Shown here one piece after another: positions 9,833-24,030 of a stretch of 64,000 bases of DNA. The DNA is from Nageia nagi. Its lineage: Eukaryota; Plantae; Pinophyta. Position 1 is the first letter of the stretch. Each line of letters begins with the position of its first letter. Both the position numbers and the translations under genes were made by a program. The stretch covers positions 32,116,001 through 32,180,000 of the forward strand of contig JBITNC010000001.1 in NCBI GenBank assembly GCA_050084985.1. The letters run 5' to 3'. A model generated the notes under the pieces. The model was not told the DNA's origin. It saw only the letters and a program-made list of their open reading frames with translations, and did not search any database.

Positions 9833-12699
9833 AAGAAATAAAAGCTAGAAATATTGTATCTCTTGAGCAAGTCAAAAAATTGAAGTAGTCATTTTCTTGG
9901 CTACAACTAAAGAAACAACCACCAAAGAATAATATAAAAGGTTTTAAAATATGGTAAAAGATTATAAAGAGAATACAAAATAAAAGGTAGTGGATATCCT
10001 TGCACAAGTTGAGGATACAACAAGATTAAGTTGGAAAACCAATACACTGAAAGGAATTTTTGTATAGTTTGAACAAAATGATGTAAATTCCACTTAGACA
10101 CTCAATAATACTCTAATTATGGAATATATGGTCATTTTATTTATTTATTTATTTATTTTTATTTATTCTCCAAAATACCAATTAATGATGTATTTATGAT
10201 ACTAAGGGAACTATAAATGTAATTGGAAATTAATCTCCTTGAATGAGGTATTGCATATTCTATCCTTGATGATTGTAACATTGGCATTAAATGTATCTCT
10301 AGTATTTAGTGCTCCCCTCTTCGATGTAGAGCATCCCCCTAGGTGATTACATTGTTTGTAAGGAAATTTATAGCTCCAAGAATAATCTTGACACTTAGAA
10401 CTAAGTGTTGGTGATCTTGATGGAAGTTAACGAACCTAGAAGGTATCCATGTAAAGTTTACAATATAACTAAAAGGGACCTCAATAGTTATTTGTATGTG
10501 AGAATTGTAATCAATCATGAAGCATGTTGGAGAACTTATTTCATTTATGTTATACCTGATGAAGATTTTCTCCAAAACCTCATTTACTTACTCTCTCGAC
10601 CAAATAATACATGGAGGATTTCATTCAATGCACACATTAACATATTTGTATGTCAACTTATTACATTTATTGGACCCCCATCATTATACTCCCATGAGTC
10701 ATTCAATGCACATACAATCACCTACATAATATCATAGAACATCTTTTATTAGGATTCCATATTTTCTTCTATTGTTACACATCACCCATCCCATTCATAC
10801 ATTGATCATGCCCTTCATGTATGATTTCACTTCCACACCATATATCATAGTCAATTATTATAATCCTTCATACAACATGTATTTAATCATGGAGAGTGAG
10901 ATGAAGATTAGACCTATAAAAAAATCAAAATCTAAAAATCCCAAAAAAATTGAAATATTTTCAAAATCTAAAAAATCAAAAGATTCAAAAAATAAAAAAT
11001 TGAAAAATTCTACAACAATGTAAAAAATATACATTTATATATACACTTAGAAATTATATTTCTAAAGCATCTTAGCTATTGGGTGTAATTCTATATGTAT
11101 CCATACCATATCATTTTATTCAGTATGTTTTTTCATAAGTTCCATTGTCATAAAATTATTAGTTGTTAAACATAATGATCTAGTAACTTACTAAGATATA
11201 TGTATGAACCCCACATCCATCCAAATATCAATCATATATTAGATGTATATACAAATAAAAAATTAGTCTATAAACATAATTTTCTTATTCAATTTTCTCA
11301 CATATCTTTTATGAATTTTTTGAAACTTAGGATTCTAATCAAACATAGCTTTGATACATTTTAAGGATATCATGAACTCCTATACTTTCTCACATTTTAA
11401 TAATCTTAAATAATAAAAAAATAAGATGTTACTTGAGGCTAATTTTGAGTGAAGAAATCAATTATCATCCTATTATTCACTTCATCCCAAATCTATGAAT
11501 CTATCAAAAAAAAAAGATAAGAGGGAGAAAAAAGTTTCATAAACCACATTTAAAACTCATAAAAAGAAAAAAGATGCAATTACATGATTCTCGAGTGATT
11601 ACAGTATCCTTTACTAGGGCTATGAATGCCTGATTGTTAGTAGAGCAAGGTTATAATGGGATCTAGGGGTTAATCCTCATTGTGGCTATGGACACTTGTC
11701 TAATAGTGAGGTATACCTTACAAGTGGTGACATATCTAGTCTTTATGATGGACCTTTATGCACTTCATAAGGATGAATTAGCTTATATATTTTATGCTCA
11801 TGAAACATTAAGTTTGAGAACATTTAGAGAAGGAACTGACTATCATTACACACACACGAGTTCACAATAAGGTTGCATGTATTATAACTTTGTTTTCTAT
11901 CATCCCTAGTAGATAAAACCTAAACAAAGATTATTTGATGAAGCTAGTTTGAATATTTTTTTCATTACACTTCTTTATCATATTACAAATACATTTCCAC
12001 TCCCAAAAATATATATATTTATTATGATCTTGGTAAGTTAATTGGATATTATGTTTGATACTCAAATAGTCATACCATTCACGTATCCATTTTTCATAAA
12101 TTTACATTCACAACTTCATACATACATACTATTCATACCATCCCACATACATGTCATCCTATTACTTGTGTTCAAAACCATGTTTATATAAATAGCTAAG
12201 AACAGAAAATGATGTATCTAATTCTGTACTCTTTTAATTAAAATCTTATCTAGTTTTAGTCAAATCCATTATAAATATATAATGATAAGATTACTACATT
12301 TCAAATTATTGAAATCTAGAATTAAAACATTATTTACATGATATATAATAATCTATCTATAAAAACAATAAAAAAATAACATCATTCTAACATACTAGGA
12401 TAAGATAAACTAGTATCATCATCCCATCAATGTAGAAAAATCATTAGAATCAACCATCAATTTTTAAACATCCACATGTAAGAGATATTAAAATTATCAT
12501 CTGTAAACATAACAACACAATGGTGTCTAAGAAATATGAAAATAAAACTCATAAACTTATCATCATAACACCATAACACAAAAAATAATAAAATTACATG
12601 TATCCAAATATATTTTCATATATTGAAAAATAATCATAAAATAGTCCTCCTATACATCATATGAAATCCATATAATAAGACCAATCACCATCATCATGA

Positions 12700-15165
12700 T
12701 AAAAAATGAATATAATATGTTATCCATCAACTAATATAAGTTTATAAACTAACATCATAAAAGTTTAAAATGCTAAAACATTAGGATCATCCTCATAATC
12801 ACTAGTCTCACCACATGATCATAGTCTCACCAATATATGCCCTATAATAAAGGGCTACCCACACTCCTCTCTTGGTCAACTACTCAAAGATCTAAAGATC
12901 CAACTAGATGATGAGAAGATACAGTTGTAGCACTCCTAGTAGGAGCCATCAAAACCCTACCCTGGCTCCTTGAGCATAGGTACCACCTTGAGTGTATCTA
13001 CCCATCATATAAGGAAGAGTATGAATATCCAAAGGAATGTAACCCAAAGGAGATATCGAGTAATCCAAACTAGGAAAATATGCAAGAATATCCACAAGCC
13101 TAGTCTTAGAGACCTATCAAAAGTAATCTCTCTTCCTACAAATGTCTTAATAAAATATGATGAGTGTCTCTATGCTCCCCTTTTGATGCCCTCAAAACCC
13201 ATCTACTAATGTAAGGATTGGATAGCATCCTAGGCTATGTCTCTCTCACACTGATACCTATCACTATCACCTAATAACAAAGTTTATCCTCCTTTGAGTG
13301 TTGATAAAATGTAACTAAGCTCATAAATTATGATTATTATGGTGGGAATTATTAAACATAAATCATTATTTCCCAAGTAAAAATTTGAGCTCCTCAATCT
13401 CACCTAACAAAGAATCATAACCCCTAACCTAAGGGGTTGATCCCTCCTCCTCTAGATCTCCCTCACCATGGGGAAAATCCTCCTCAACATGGATATCCAT
13501 CTAAGTATGTCCTTAGGTTGATCCATCTCTATATTAGGTATCTTCTCTCTAGTTATCCCTACACATGCATCATCTAACCTTTATCATAGTCATCGATCCT
13601 CATCACCCTCCTTAAACTCCTCCATATCGGATGCCCACCTGCAACAAAAATCTCAATAACCCCTAACATCATCATCATCAACCTCCTCCTTGATATTCTC
13701 ATCACTAGTGGGATCCATCTTAGTATAAATAAGAGGCTCCAATCCATTAATAAGAATGATGCCCTCTCTTTGATAATGTATAGGTTATGAAGGAACATCA
13801 TGAACCAAAATGAACTATTTTTTGATACACTCAGACTAAAAGTACTCTAGAAACTCTATCCTTTAACCATTGAGGATTCTAGCTTGATGAATGCCCATAA
13901 GCTTTGCATCTAACCCATCCCATGTTGGATACTACTGGTAAAGATGAAACTTGATATGATTAGGTACAAGATGGCTAAGAAGTCTATGATAATATTAAAC
14001 ATCTTGATGGATGTCATTAGTAGTACTAATTTAATAGTCTCCTCTCCATCTCAAAATCCTTGTTTGCATAATAAATATTATTTGTAAATCTAGGGATAGG
14101 AAGTCCATGAGGGCACATAATGGCTATGTGGTCATATGCCCATGCATCGCAATGTGATCAATACAATCAAAGAGATCCTCTATCCTTTAGTATAGAAAAA
14201 TAACTCCCTATAGCACTAAACTAACATGGTGGGAGCATAAGAAAGTATTATTGCCATGTTACATCATGTTTGCAACAACTAGAATCAACGACTATGGGAA
14301 TTGACCACTCCCAATGTCAAGAAAAATATAGCATTGAATTAACCCGATTAAATAGGAGAACTTGATGCTTCCTTGTTTATCATCCCACCACAATAGGTAA
14401 TACCAAATACCTCTTAACTTGATCTTGAACATGATGCTAGCAACTCTATCAGCCCTATACAAATAAGAAATGGTGGCTTGAGCATCATCCCTATCAATGA
14501 TGTACTGAATCTATTGATAATAGATTGAAAAATGATAGAGTCTATAAATATCCTTCACATTAATCATCATATCCTCTTTTAGTAGATATAATGTGGAGGT
14601 GGTGGAATCCAACCTCTTAAGAAAATATAAGAAGATATTACTAGTGGCTGCAACCCATAAAGGGTCCAACTTTGAAACCCACACCCTGAAGAAATGCATG
14701 ATTTGCATCACTAAGAAATGGGCTTTTGTCAAAAATAATGGTGTTGATAATGAACCCTAGGTTCAAAAATATCCCTAACCTAAAATATACCATTGATGAG
14801 TTTAAAAAAATAAAAATTAATTGAAGGACTAAATGTTCGAGACTTGATAACCAAATTACATAGTCGCTAGTGTCCATAAGTTAAACACTAGTGACCCTAA
14901 AACCCTTTGGCTCTATATGAAAATCATGATTGAAAAAATTTTAAAAAAAAATCTATAAAAAAAGCCTAATTTAAAAAGTAAATAGTTAGAAAGCATCTAA
15001 ATGTTAAATTAAACATTGTATGGTTTTAGATTCTATATTTAAGCTACAAAAATAGGTATTTAATTAAAAAAAATTATAAAAAAAAGGAGGATTTTAAACC
15101 CTACCTCATCCTTGATAGATCTCATCCTACAAGCTAGTCTTCTCCTTGATTATATGTTGACCCAT
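12700..15165 (-). pseudogene. Second, heavily decayed PMD gene (remnant of an older Tat-like element)
   Basis: FLKRLDSTTSTLYLLKEDMMINVKDIYRLYHFSI (~14530-14625) aligns to LMERWDPNSNTFHLPTGEITVTLEDIYRITRLPI; AWAYDHIAI at ~14120-14146. Short first exon 15165-15105 and GT-AG intron 15104-14780. The 3' end is uncertain. Confidence 0.65.
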
Positions 15166-15849
15166 AGAAAATGACAAACAAGTAATAGGTGGGTAGATGA
15201 AGAAGAATGTGCAAGAACCAGCAAGAGCTCTAGAAAATAGTGAAAAGTGACAAATGAGAAAATGATAGGTCACTCTTTTTTATTCATGTGTGGACTTGAA
15301 TGCTAGTGATTTTAAGTCAAACATTGGTGACTTAAGTGGGATATAGATGACTTGCATAAAACACCAAAAACCATTTAAAATTAAATTTTAAAAAGAAAAT
15401 AAATGTGTCAAAACTTAAAATGAGCAAGCTTCTTACTTTTCACCTTGACTAGAGTGACATGCTTAAAAAAAGATTGAATCTTACAAAAAATTCAAACTTT
15501 AAAAGTGAGATCCAAGCCATTTGAAAATCTATAAATGCATCCTTTTAGAATGAAGGAAGAGACCCAAATTTGACATAAGTCTACTTTGCAAAAATTTGTC
15601 TAGGACTTTTGGAGAGTTAAGTACTTTGATTATATGCTTTTTATTCATTTCATTTCAGTATTTTCATGTTATGACATGAACAAGTATTTTTGATAGTGTA
15701 TTTTGGCATGTGTGTAGAGTCCATAAGTACTAAAGTACGAAGCATTGAGGGTTCATAGAGACAACAAAAACCAAAGAACAAGGAATCAAGTAAAGGAAGA
15801 ATAAGAAAAAAACCAATAAAATCACACTTCATTTGTAGAAATGCTAGTG

Positions 15850-18107
15850 ATTACCTATCAAACACCCATGATTGGAAATAATTGTTGGCTAATTCATCCA
15901 GAACCTTGATGAATCTACAAGAGCCTAAGAGGCTATAAATAACATATTTTTATAAAATACCCTCACATAAGGCATCAAATCAAGTGATTCATTTATATTA
16001 CTATTTGAGTCACCATATAAGATTAATCAAATCCACATTTAATTTTCAATGTGATTTGTCTTATTTGCCAATAGGGTTACTTTTTGGGTCGACAACTAGA
16101 TCTAACTTGGTCAAGTAGTTTTTGATGATGCATAGTATTTTTTCAAGGCTCATGAAGTTCTAGAGTGGGATCAATATATGGTGGAAGAGTACTCTTCATT
16201 GATGAAGAATGATACATGGGATCTTGTACCCCTTCCTCCAATAAGGAAGTTGGTTCGATACAAGTGGGTGTATCAGACCAAGTACATAGCTAATAGATCT
16301 ATTGATAAGCATGAGGCATGAATTCATCCAAAGGGGTCTTAGAGGTAGAGGGTATTAATTATTTAGATACCTTTTACACTATAGCCAATATGGAATTAGT
16401 TCCACCTTATTCTTTCTTTAGTTGCATCACAAAGATGACCAATATACCATATGGATCTGAAGAGTACTTATTTTTGGGGATTTGCAAGAAGAAATCTACA
16501 TGTAGCAGCATGTTGGTTTCATACAAGATTCATTACTTGTTTATTGGCTACAAAAATCTCTCTACACCTTAATCAAGCTCCTAAGACATGGTATGAGAAG
16601 ATGGATATGTTACTTCTCTCTTATAGCTTTGTATTGTATCAGTTAAATCCTATAGTATACATCTAGATAGATTCCAACTACATCACCATTCTGGTATTGT
16701 ACATTGATGATATTATTCTCATTGGTATCTCTTTATGCCACATCAAACATCTATTAGTCACTTTCTACATGATTTGAGATGGTATACCTTGTACTTTTCC
16801 ATTATTTCCTCAACTTTTAGGTCACATAGTTGGATTAAGGTATTTATCTCTCTTAGTAGAAGTATATTTTTTATTTGCTTTAGAGGCTTTGAATGGCTAA
16901 CTACAAGCCATATTCAATACCATTTCATATGGGATTGAACATAACTTCAAATTACACTAATCCTCTATGTGATGGTACCTTGTATCATCATTTGGTTAGG
17001 ATTCTTCTCTACCTCACATAAACATGACTTGATATTTCATATGTTATTATTCTTGTATATCTATTTGCATAGTCCCCTCATGAGTTGCATTAATAGGATA
17101 CCAAGTAGATTATTAGACACATTAGGGGTACTTTACATTATGATATACACTACTCCATATGTGATCCAATATTGATAGGCTTCACATATTTTGATGGGGT
17201 TGGTTCCTCATAGGATCATTGATCCACTCTTGGCTACCTATTTTGTCTCATCTTCTATTGCTTAATTATATAATAAGCAATAGGATATTACACTTTCCTT
17301 AACTAGGGTAGAGTATACGAATGCAATGTATGTGAGTTAGGAGGATTTGTGGATTCACTAATGGCTTGAGATATTTGACTTTCCCCATTATAGAGCACCA
17401 TTTTTTGGTACAAAATTTAGAGTGCCATTCATATTTCTTGTAATCCTATGGATCACTAGTGTACCAAACACATTGAGGTGCACATGCATTTTATTCAATA
17501 GCATATCTAGAACCATACACTTGGATTGGAGTATATCCCCATAGAGGAGCAAATCGTAGATATCTTCATGAAACTCTTTGATTCATCATGCTTTCTTCAT
17601 TTTCATGACATGCTTGGGGTATTAGAAGTTGTTCATGGGAAGTGTTAATGAAGATACCTTCCTTTGTTTTTTTTCTTCCCTCTTTTGGAATATGGTTTTT
17701 TCCCATGTGATTTTTTATCATCTATAGGAGAGCTTTTCATGTCTTTGTGTGATAGTCATTTTGTACATGAGTGCTTTATTAGGCCTAGTTATCGAACTCA
17801 TCACTTCTTTACTATTCACACTCCTCTTAGTTTCACTTAATGGGGGTGTTAAAGTATTATTTGCCATTTTACCTAGTTAGGTATCTAGGTTACCATTATC
17901 TTTAGTTCACTAGTAGGTGTGCTAGTTAGTTGTCATCTCTATTGGGTTGTTTTAATCCAATATCTAGTATCATTTTGATCATGTATTTTTCATTTCATAT
18001 TATCCTTATTTATTTTCACATTGTATATTATGATATTATGATATTTAATGCAAGTATTCTATGTGATTTTTCTCATCTCTCATAATTTAGGTTTTGCAAT
18101 CTCTTCA
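15850..18107 (+). mobile_element. Degenerate Ty1/Copia remnant (RT/RNase H, PPT, 3' LTR ~17847-18107)
   Basis: EEYSSLMKNDTWDLVPLP...KWVY, MDLKS, LNQAPKTWY, TKHIEVHMHFI, EEQIVDIF; GGGGG then TGTT at 17847. Confidence 0.8.
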
Positions 18108-18109
18108 AA

Positions 18110-21100
18110 GGGTGGGGTGGATTCAAAATAATTTTACTTTCACTATGTCTAGTATCTACACTCCAAATATTTTAAGTGAAAGAAAAAAAGTGGGAGGTGT
18201 TAAAAGTTTAAGAATAGATTTTTTTATGGAGACATGGCTAGTATGGGGGACTTTAACTCTCCACTAAACATTGAGGATAAGTTTGAAGGCATAATAAATT
18301 TAACAAGGATCATGAAATATATTAGGTACCTCTTATATGTCTCTAAATTTATAGATATTCCCTTAAAGGGCCATAGATTCACTTGGTCTAATATAATATA
18401 TAGGAAAACATTTATTCAAAGGAGACTAGATAGGATGGTTGGAATAATTGATTGGATGGAAGAATACCAAAACTCAAAATTAACCTCACTACCAAGGGTG
18501 GCTTCATATCACTACCCTTTATAGTTGAAAATGGATACCAAACATAAGAAGAATGCACCATTTAAATTTTAGTTTATGTGGATATCACATTCAATATTTA
18601 AAGATAATCTTAAAGAGTGGTGAAGTTCAAAACTCAAGGAACAATAATGTACAAGCTATCTCAAAAATTAGGATAAGTAAAGAGGATACTAAAAAAGTGG
18701 AATAAATAGGTTTTTATAAATGTGGAGGAAAGGAAAAAAGAACTAGAGAAAGAGCTCAATCTCATTTAACATTCAATTTTAAGGGATGGTAAAATGGAAG
18801 CAATAGACAAGGAAGAAAAGGAAGTGTTAGTAGAATACAACAACACAAGAAGATACTCACTTGAATGTAAAATCCAAATTCTCATGGCTAAAATATGGGG
18901 ATCAAAATACAACTTTATTCAGATTGATGACCATACAGAGAAGAGGATAAAATAGAATAAAAAATTTGAGAAAATAAAATATTATAATAAAAAAGGAAGA
19001 GGAATAAATTAAGGGTAAGATAGTTAGTTTATATCAAAAGCTACTATAATCTGATTAGAGATAAAATAGATAAATCATGAAAAATATTTTGGAGAATATC
19101 TCAAGATTAGTTGATCAAGATATGAATGATAACTTGAAAAGGAAAAAAAATGAAGGAAGAAGTTAAAAGAGCTATGTTTCTACTTGATAAAGATCAAACT
19201 TTGGGACTAGATGGTTTCTGGGCATATTTCTTTCAACATAATTGAGAAATAGTTGAGAATGATGTAAATAAGGTATTAGATAAGTTTTTCAAAAGGGGAA
19301 AACTTTTGAAGTCCTAGAACTCTACATTTTCCCTAAATACTTCATCAACCAAGGAACTAAAAGACTTTAGATCGATCAATCTCTACAATGTACTATAAAA
19401 AAATAATTACTAAAATAATGATTGAAAGAATGAATAAAATTATCCCTCACATTATTTCACAAGAGCAAGATAGTTTTGTGAAGAATACATAGATCATAGA
19501 TATTATTGTTTTAATGCATGAAATGCTATATTTTTGTAAATGTTAGGAAAGAAAAAACTAGGTTAGTTAAGTTGGATATGGAAAAATCCTATGATAAAGT
19601 TAATTGAGATTTTTTAAATCTCATTCTTTAAAGCTTTGGATTTGGGGACAAGTGGAGAGATTGGATAATGGAATGTATTTGAAACCCTAAATTCTTAATG
19701 ATTGTAAACAAAGAATAGGTGAATGTTTTTTACATCAGAAAGGGGGCCTTAAGAAAGGAGACCCAATTTCTCTTTACTTGTTCATAATCATGGCTGAGAT
19801 AGTAGGGAGAGCTATAAAACAAGAATAAATTGAGGCTAAAATTAAAGGGTTAATACCTACTAAATAATATGATCCTATAACTCACCACTAATTTGTAGAT
19901 GATATAATTCTAGTAGAATAGAAAAAAGAGAAAGAAGAAAGGATGTTTAAGAGGATTCTTAGAATGTAGGAGAGTGCTTCACATCAAAGAGTGAACATGA
20001 AAAAAATAAAATTTATGTTTTGAACTCAACAAAGAGGAAACAAAAATCAATTATTAAAATTTTCAGTTGCTAAAAGGATGAGCTCCCCATAAAATATTTT
20101 GGGATGCCTTTATTTATAGGCAAAGTCAAAACTAAATTTTGGGATAATGTGTTGGATAAGATCAATAAAAAACTCATTGACTAGAAAGATAATAACTTCA
20201 TCTATGCAACAAATTAGTACTAATCAAACACACTTTTCAAATCATGATTATTTATAACTCAATGGTGTTCAATATCCTAATACAATTTCCAAGTTTGTGA
20301 ATCAAATATGCAAAAGGTTCTTATGGGATGGAGGAACATACAAAATGAAGCTCATAGTAGTGGCTTGGGATAAAATTTGTAGTGAAAATATAAAGGTGTC
20401 CTAGACTTAAGAGAATGAATCACTTGGGATAGGCTTTAATAGGGAAAATGGTATAAATATTGGAGTTGAAAGAGGATAGATAATGGGTGAAAATCTATAA
20501 AACTAATATCTAGAAAACCATCACACTATCTTAAGAATAGAGAACCCGCCTTATAGATTACTAGTTTGGAAAGGCTTGGTCAACATTAGACACCTCCTTA
20601 TAAAAAATATCAATTGGAAAGTGGGTATATGGGACTAGATATTTTTTTGTAAAGATGCTTAGTTCAAGGATATACCACCTACCACTTATCGAAGTGGAAA
20701 ATAAGAGCAAAATGGAACATCAAGTAATAAGGAGAAAAAGTGAAGGACTATTATGACTCTCAGCTAAGTAATGATGGATCAAAAAGCTACCAGATAAGGA
20801 AATGAAATACAATTTGATCAAATAATTAGAGGGATATTACACAACAAAACAAAAATTGTCAAGAGAAGGATATTACAATGTGGATAGGGTTAAAAGATAG
20901 CAATTATAAGGTAAGAGATGTAATCAAATAGATGACTAATGATTTAGAGATACTAATTAGGATTTATGGAGTAAGGTATGGCTAAAGGGTTTAAACCCTA
21001 AAATGGCCTTCTTAATTTGGGTAACTATCCATAATAAACTAGCAATAGTTGATAACATGTAACAAAGTGGAATTCCAATTCCAAATAGGTGTAATCTATA

Positions 21101-21900
21101 TTATAGAGTTGTAGAATAAGAGAATCAAATCTTCATTCATTTCCCCTACATTGCTACAATCTGGAATAGAATGAAAAAATATTTAAACTTCTAGGGATAC
21201 TTTCCTAATATGGTTTCAAAAATGATTGCACAATGAAAACCAACCATTGAAGGAAATAAAACTAAGGAGACTGGAGCTTCAATTTTTTCACATACACTAT
21301 GAAAGATATGGAAATATAAGAATGAGAGAGTTTTCAAAATAAAAGGAAACAAGAAGATTATATCCTTAATTTGATCATGCAAAGATTCATAAAAATATAG
21401 ACTTACTCCATAGGAATTATAGAAAAAAATACCTTTAAGAAAATTAAGAACAAGAGGGGAATTTTACTATAGTAATATTAAATAAGATCTTATGGGTTTT
21501 AATGATAGTTTCCTATGAACTAAGAGTAAGGAGAATGAATTCTAGATAGAAGAATATATATAGATCATTAGTAAAGTATCACTATGAGAAATTTATACCT
21601 AAACAATAGGATAAGGCTTCAATGTTTCCATACTAAGGGGATATTTAGAAAAAGATTATAGCTTTAAACATATATGTTTACAACTAATAATAGAATAACT
21701 AAGCTAGATCTCTTTCCAAAGAAAATGGAGAAATTGAAAGGTCCTAATTGAAAAAGTAGATGACTTATTGTTAACCTATATCAAGTTATTTCCCTTTACT
21801 TTTAAATGGAAATTATTTTAAGGTTAGAGCTTCAAACTTTAGTTAACTAAAGCAAGGAAGGAGGGATGTTAATCAAGGGGTTATTTAATAATGATTAGAT
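18110..21900 (+). mobile_element. Degenerate L1-type LINE ORF2 (endonuclease, RT, zf-RVT)
   Basis: GDFNSPL...FIDIPLKGHRFTWSN...RRLDR...SYHYPL; KLDMEKSYDKV (~19570); GDPISLYLF (~19760); FVDDII (~19895); PNRC (~21085). Many stops. Confidence 0.88.
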
Positions 21901-22457
21901 TGACACCTATTGTAATGATGAAACCTATGTCAATCATACAACTCTTACCTTGAGGTGACCTCCATATAATAGTAAATTTATGTTGATTCAAATTACAAAA
22001 ATCATTATATATAGTCCCTTCACCAATGAAAAAGAAAAAAATCTATGAGAATGGGGACAAGACTTGAGATAGGTATATAAGAGAAATAAATACAAGGTGA
22101 TGGGCTTCTAATCTTTGGGATAGGTTTTAGCATATTTAAGTAATAAGGGTATGACTTAGTAGTATATTACCATTATTTTATGATAAGACACCCAATTGAA
22201 GGTATGAAATGTATTAAGTATGACTATCATCAGGGTGGCATGTTTGTACCTTAAAGGTGTTCTTATTTACATAAAATGAGTGAGTAATTAATGTGAGATT
22301 GTTATTCAATAGGTATGCATTGGAATCATAAGAAGGTGAACATGTAGAGGAGGCCTAAATAATAAATGTTTCTACATACATGCAATAAAGCTATAATATA
22401 ATCCAATAAGGGAATATAGAAGAGTGGGATATTTTTTGAAAGAAAGAGTTGAAGAGA

Positions 22458-23870
22458 ATGGGAGGAGCTCATGTTACAATGGAACTGTATTCCTTGGAAG
22501 AGATTAAAAATGAGGTTAATACATACAATAGATCCTATGTAATGGAGGATGAAGGAATTCATGGAAGATTGTAAAGGCTATGATCATCAACTCACTCTAC
22601 TAGTAGGAATATTTTGGAATAAAGGTACCTATTGGATCAATAAGATTGAAGTGTTGTTTAACTACCAAACAATATGATAATCCATTCATATGGAGAATAG
22701 AGAAAATAAGGTTAAGAGATAAGGAAAATTAAATAAATTGGAATATATTGATAAGTTCATGGAGCCTGGGAAAGAGTATATCAAACTAGGCATAGGCAAA
22801 AAAAAGGATTTTCCTCCATAAACCATGGGATGAAGTGGTTAGGGGACTAATGAGATGACACTAGAGGGTAGGTATTAGGTAGTTATAGTTTACCACTTTA
22901 CTCTCCTTAATCATTTCAAGTTTTTAGAGGAGGAATTTGTGACTTTCTCATTTTTTTAATCATGAATTCATTGATAATATCAATCAACAAATTCAAAATG
23001 AACTCAAACTCTCTTCTATTACATGATTCTTAGGTAAAACTAGTCCATGATACTACCTTATGCAATCAACCAATAAGGAATATTAGGAGAGGTCAAACTA
23101 TAAGGAAAGTAAGATCAAAGTTTGAGGAGAAGGAGGAGGTTATCCCTCAGTCAACCACCAAAAAATTGGGGAATCTAGTAAAAAAGAGGAATCATGTACT
23201 AAGGGAATAAAATCCAAGATTAGGATCAAAATACCTAAACTCCAAGAGTAAAATGTAGAAGAGGAAAAGGATAGTAGTTCTCCTAGTTTAAATAAAGAAA
23301 AAGAAGTGCAAGTGGATGATTTGACTCAATATTTAGAGGAACCTTTGAGGAAGGCATAGGGTCATAAGAAGGGGAGGAATCACCCAAGTAAGGAAAGTGA
23401 TCTTTATGAATGTAAAAAATATAGTAGGATCCAATAAGAAGAGGAGAATGCAGCACAATAGAAATATGAATAAGTGCATAGTGTTTTAGACTTGATACCT
23501 TCTAGAAATAGGAAAAGGAAGGCCCAAGTTATGAACCTAAAAAGGAAAGAGCCCATTGAACCCAAGGAACTTGAACCTATTAACTTGGAAGCAATGGATA
23601 AGTACACATTAAGACATCAAGGATAAATGTCTCACCAACCCATGGAAAAGAAGGAAGGATGATGGTGTACAAAAGAATGGAGTAAAGAGGATCAGATGTG
23701 ATAATAATCAAGGAAGGGGTATTGAATATGGGAAGCAAGAATAATTAAGTGTATTAGCCTAAAAGCCCAAATATGTATATAGATAAGAAATACAGGCCAA
23801 AGAGAGTATGACCAAGTCTCAAATAGGTAATGTGGAAGCTATTGTACCTCTAGAATTAATTATAGTGTCG
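22458..23870 (+). pseudogene. Degenerate ORF of unknown, probably TE-associated, type
   Basis: Purine-rich coding-like stretch: MGGAHVTME..., LEGRY*VVIVYHFTLLNHFK (~22860-22920), then a K/E-rich low-complexity tail. Confidence 0.4.
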
Positions 23871-24030
23871 ATATTTGATGAAAAAGAGAGAGTTAAAATA
23901 ACTAAAGGAATTTCAATCCTACCCCCCAAAGATATTATTGACTTTTTGTGAGTGCATTTTTATTTTAGCTCTTAATTTGTGAATAGACAAAGTATATATA
24001 ATAAATTCTACATACCAATTCATTGAGAAA

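Noticed and set aside
9833-12700. Short ORFs 10405-11023 as a host gene
   Set aside because: No recognisable domain; probably the decayed interior of the old PMD-bearing element.
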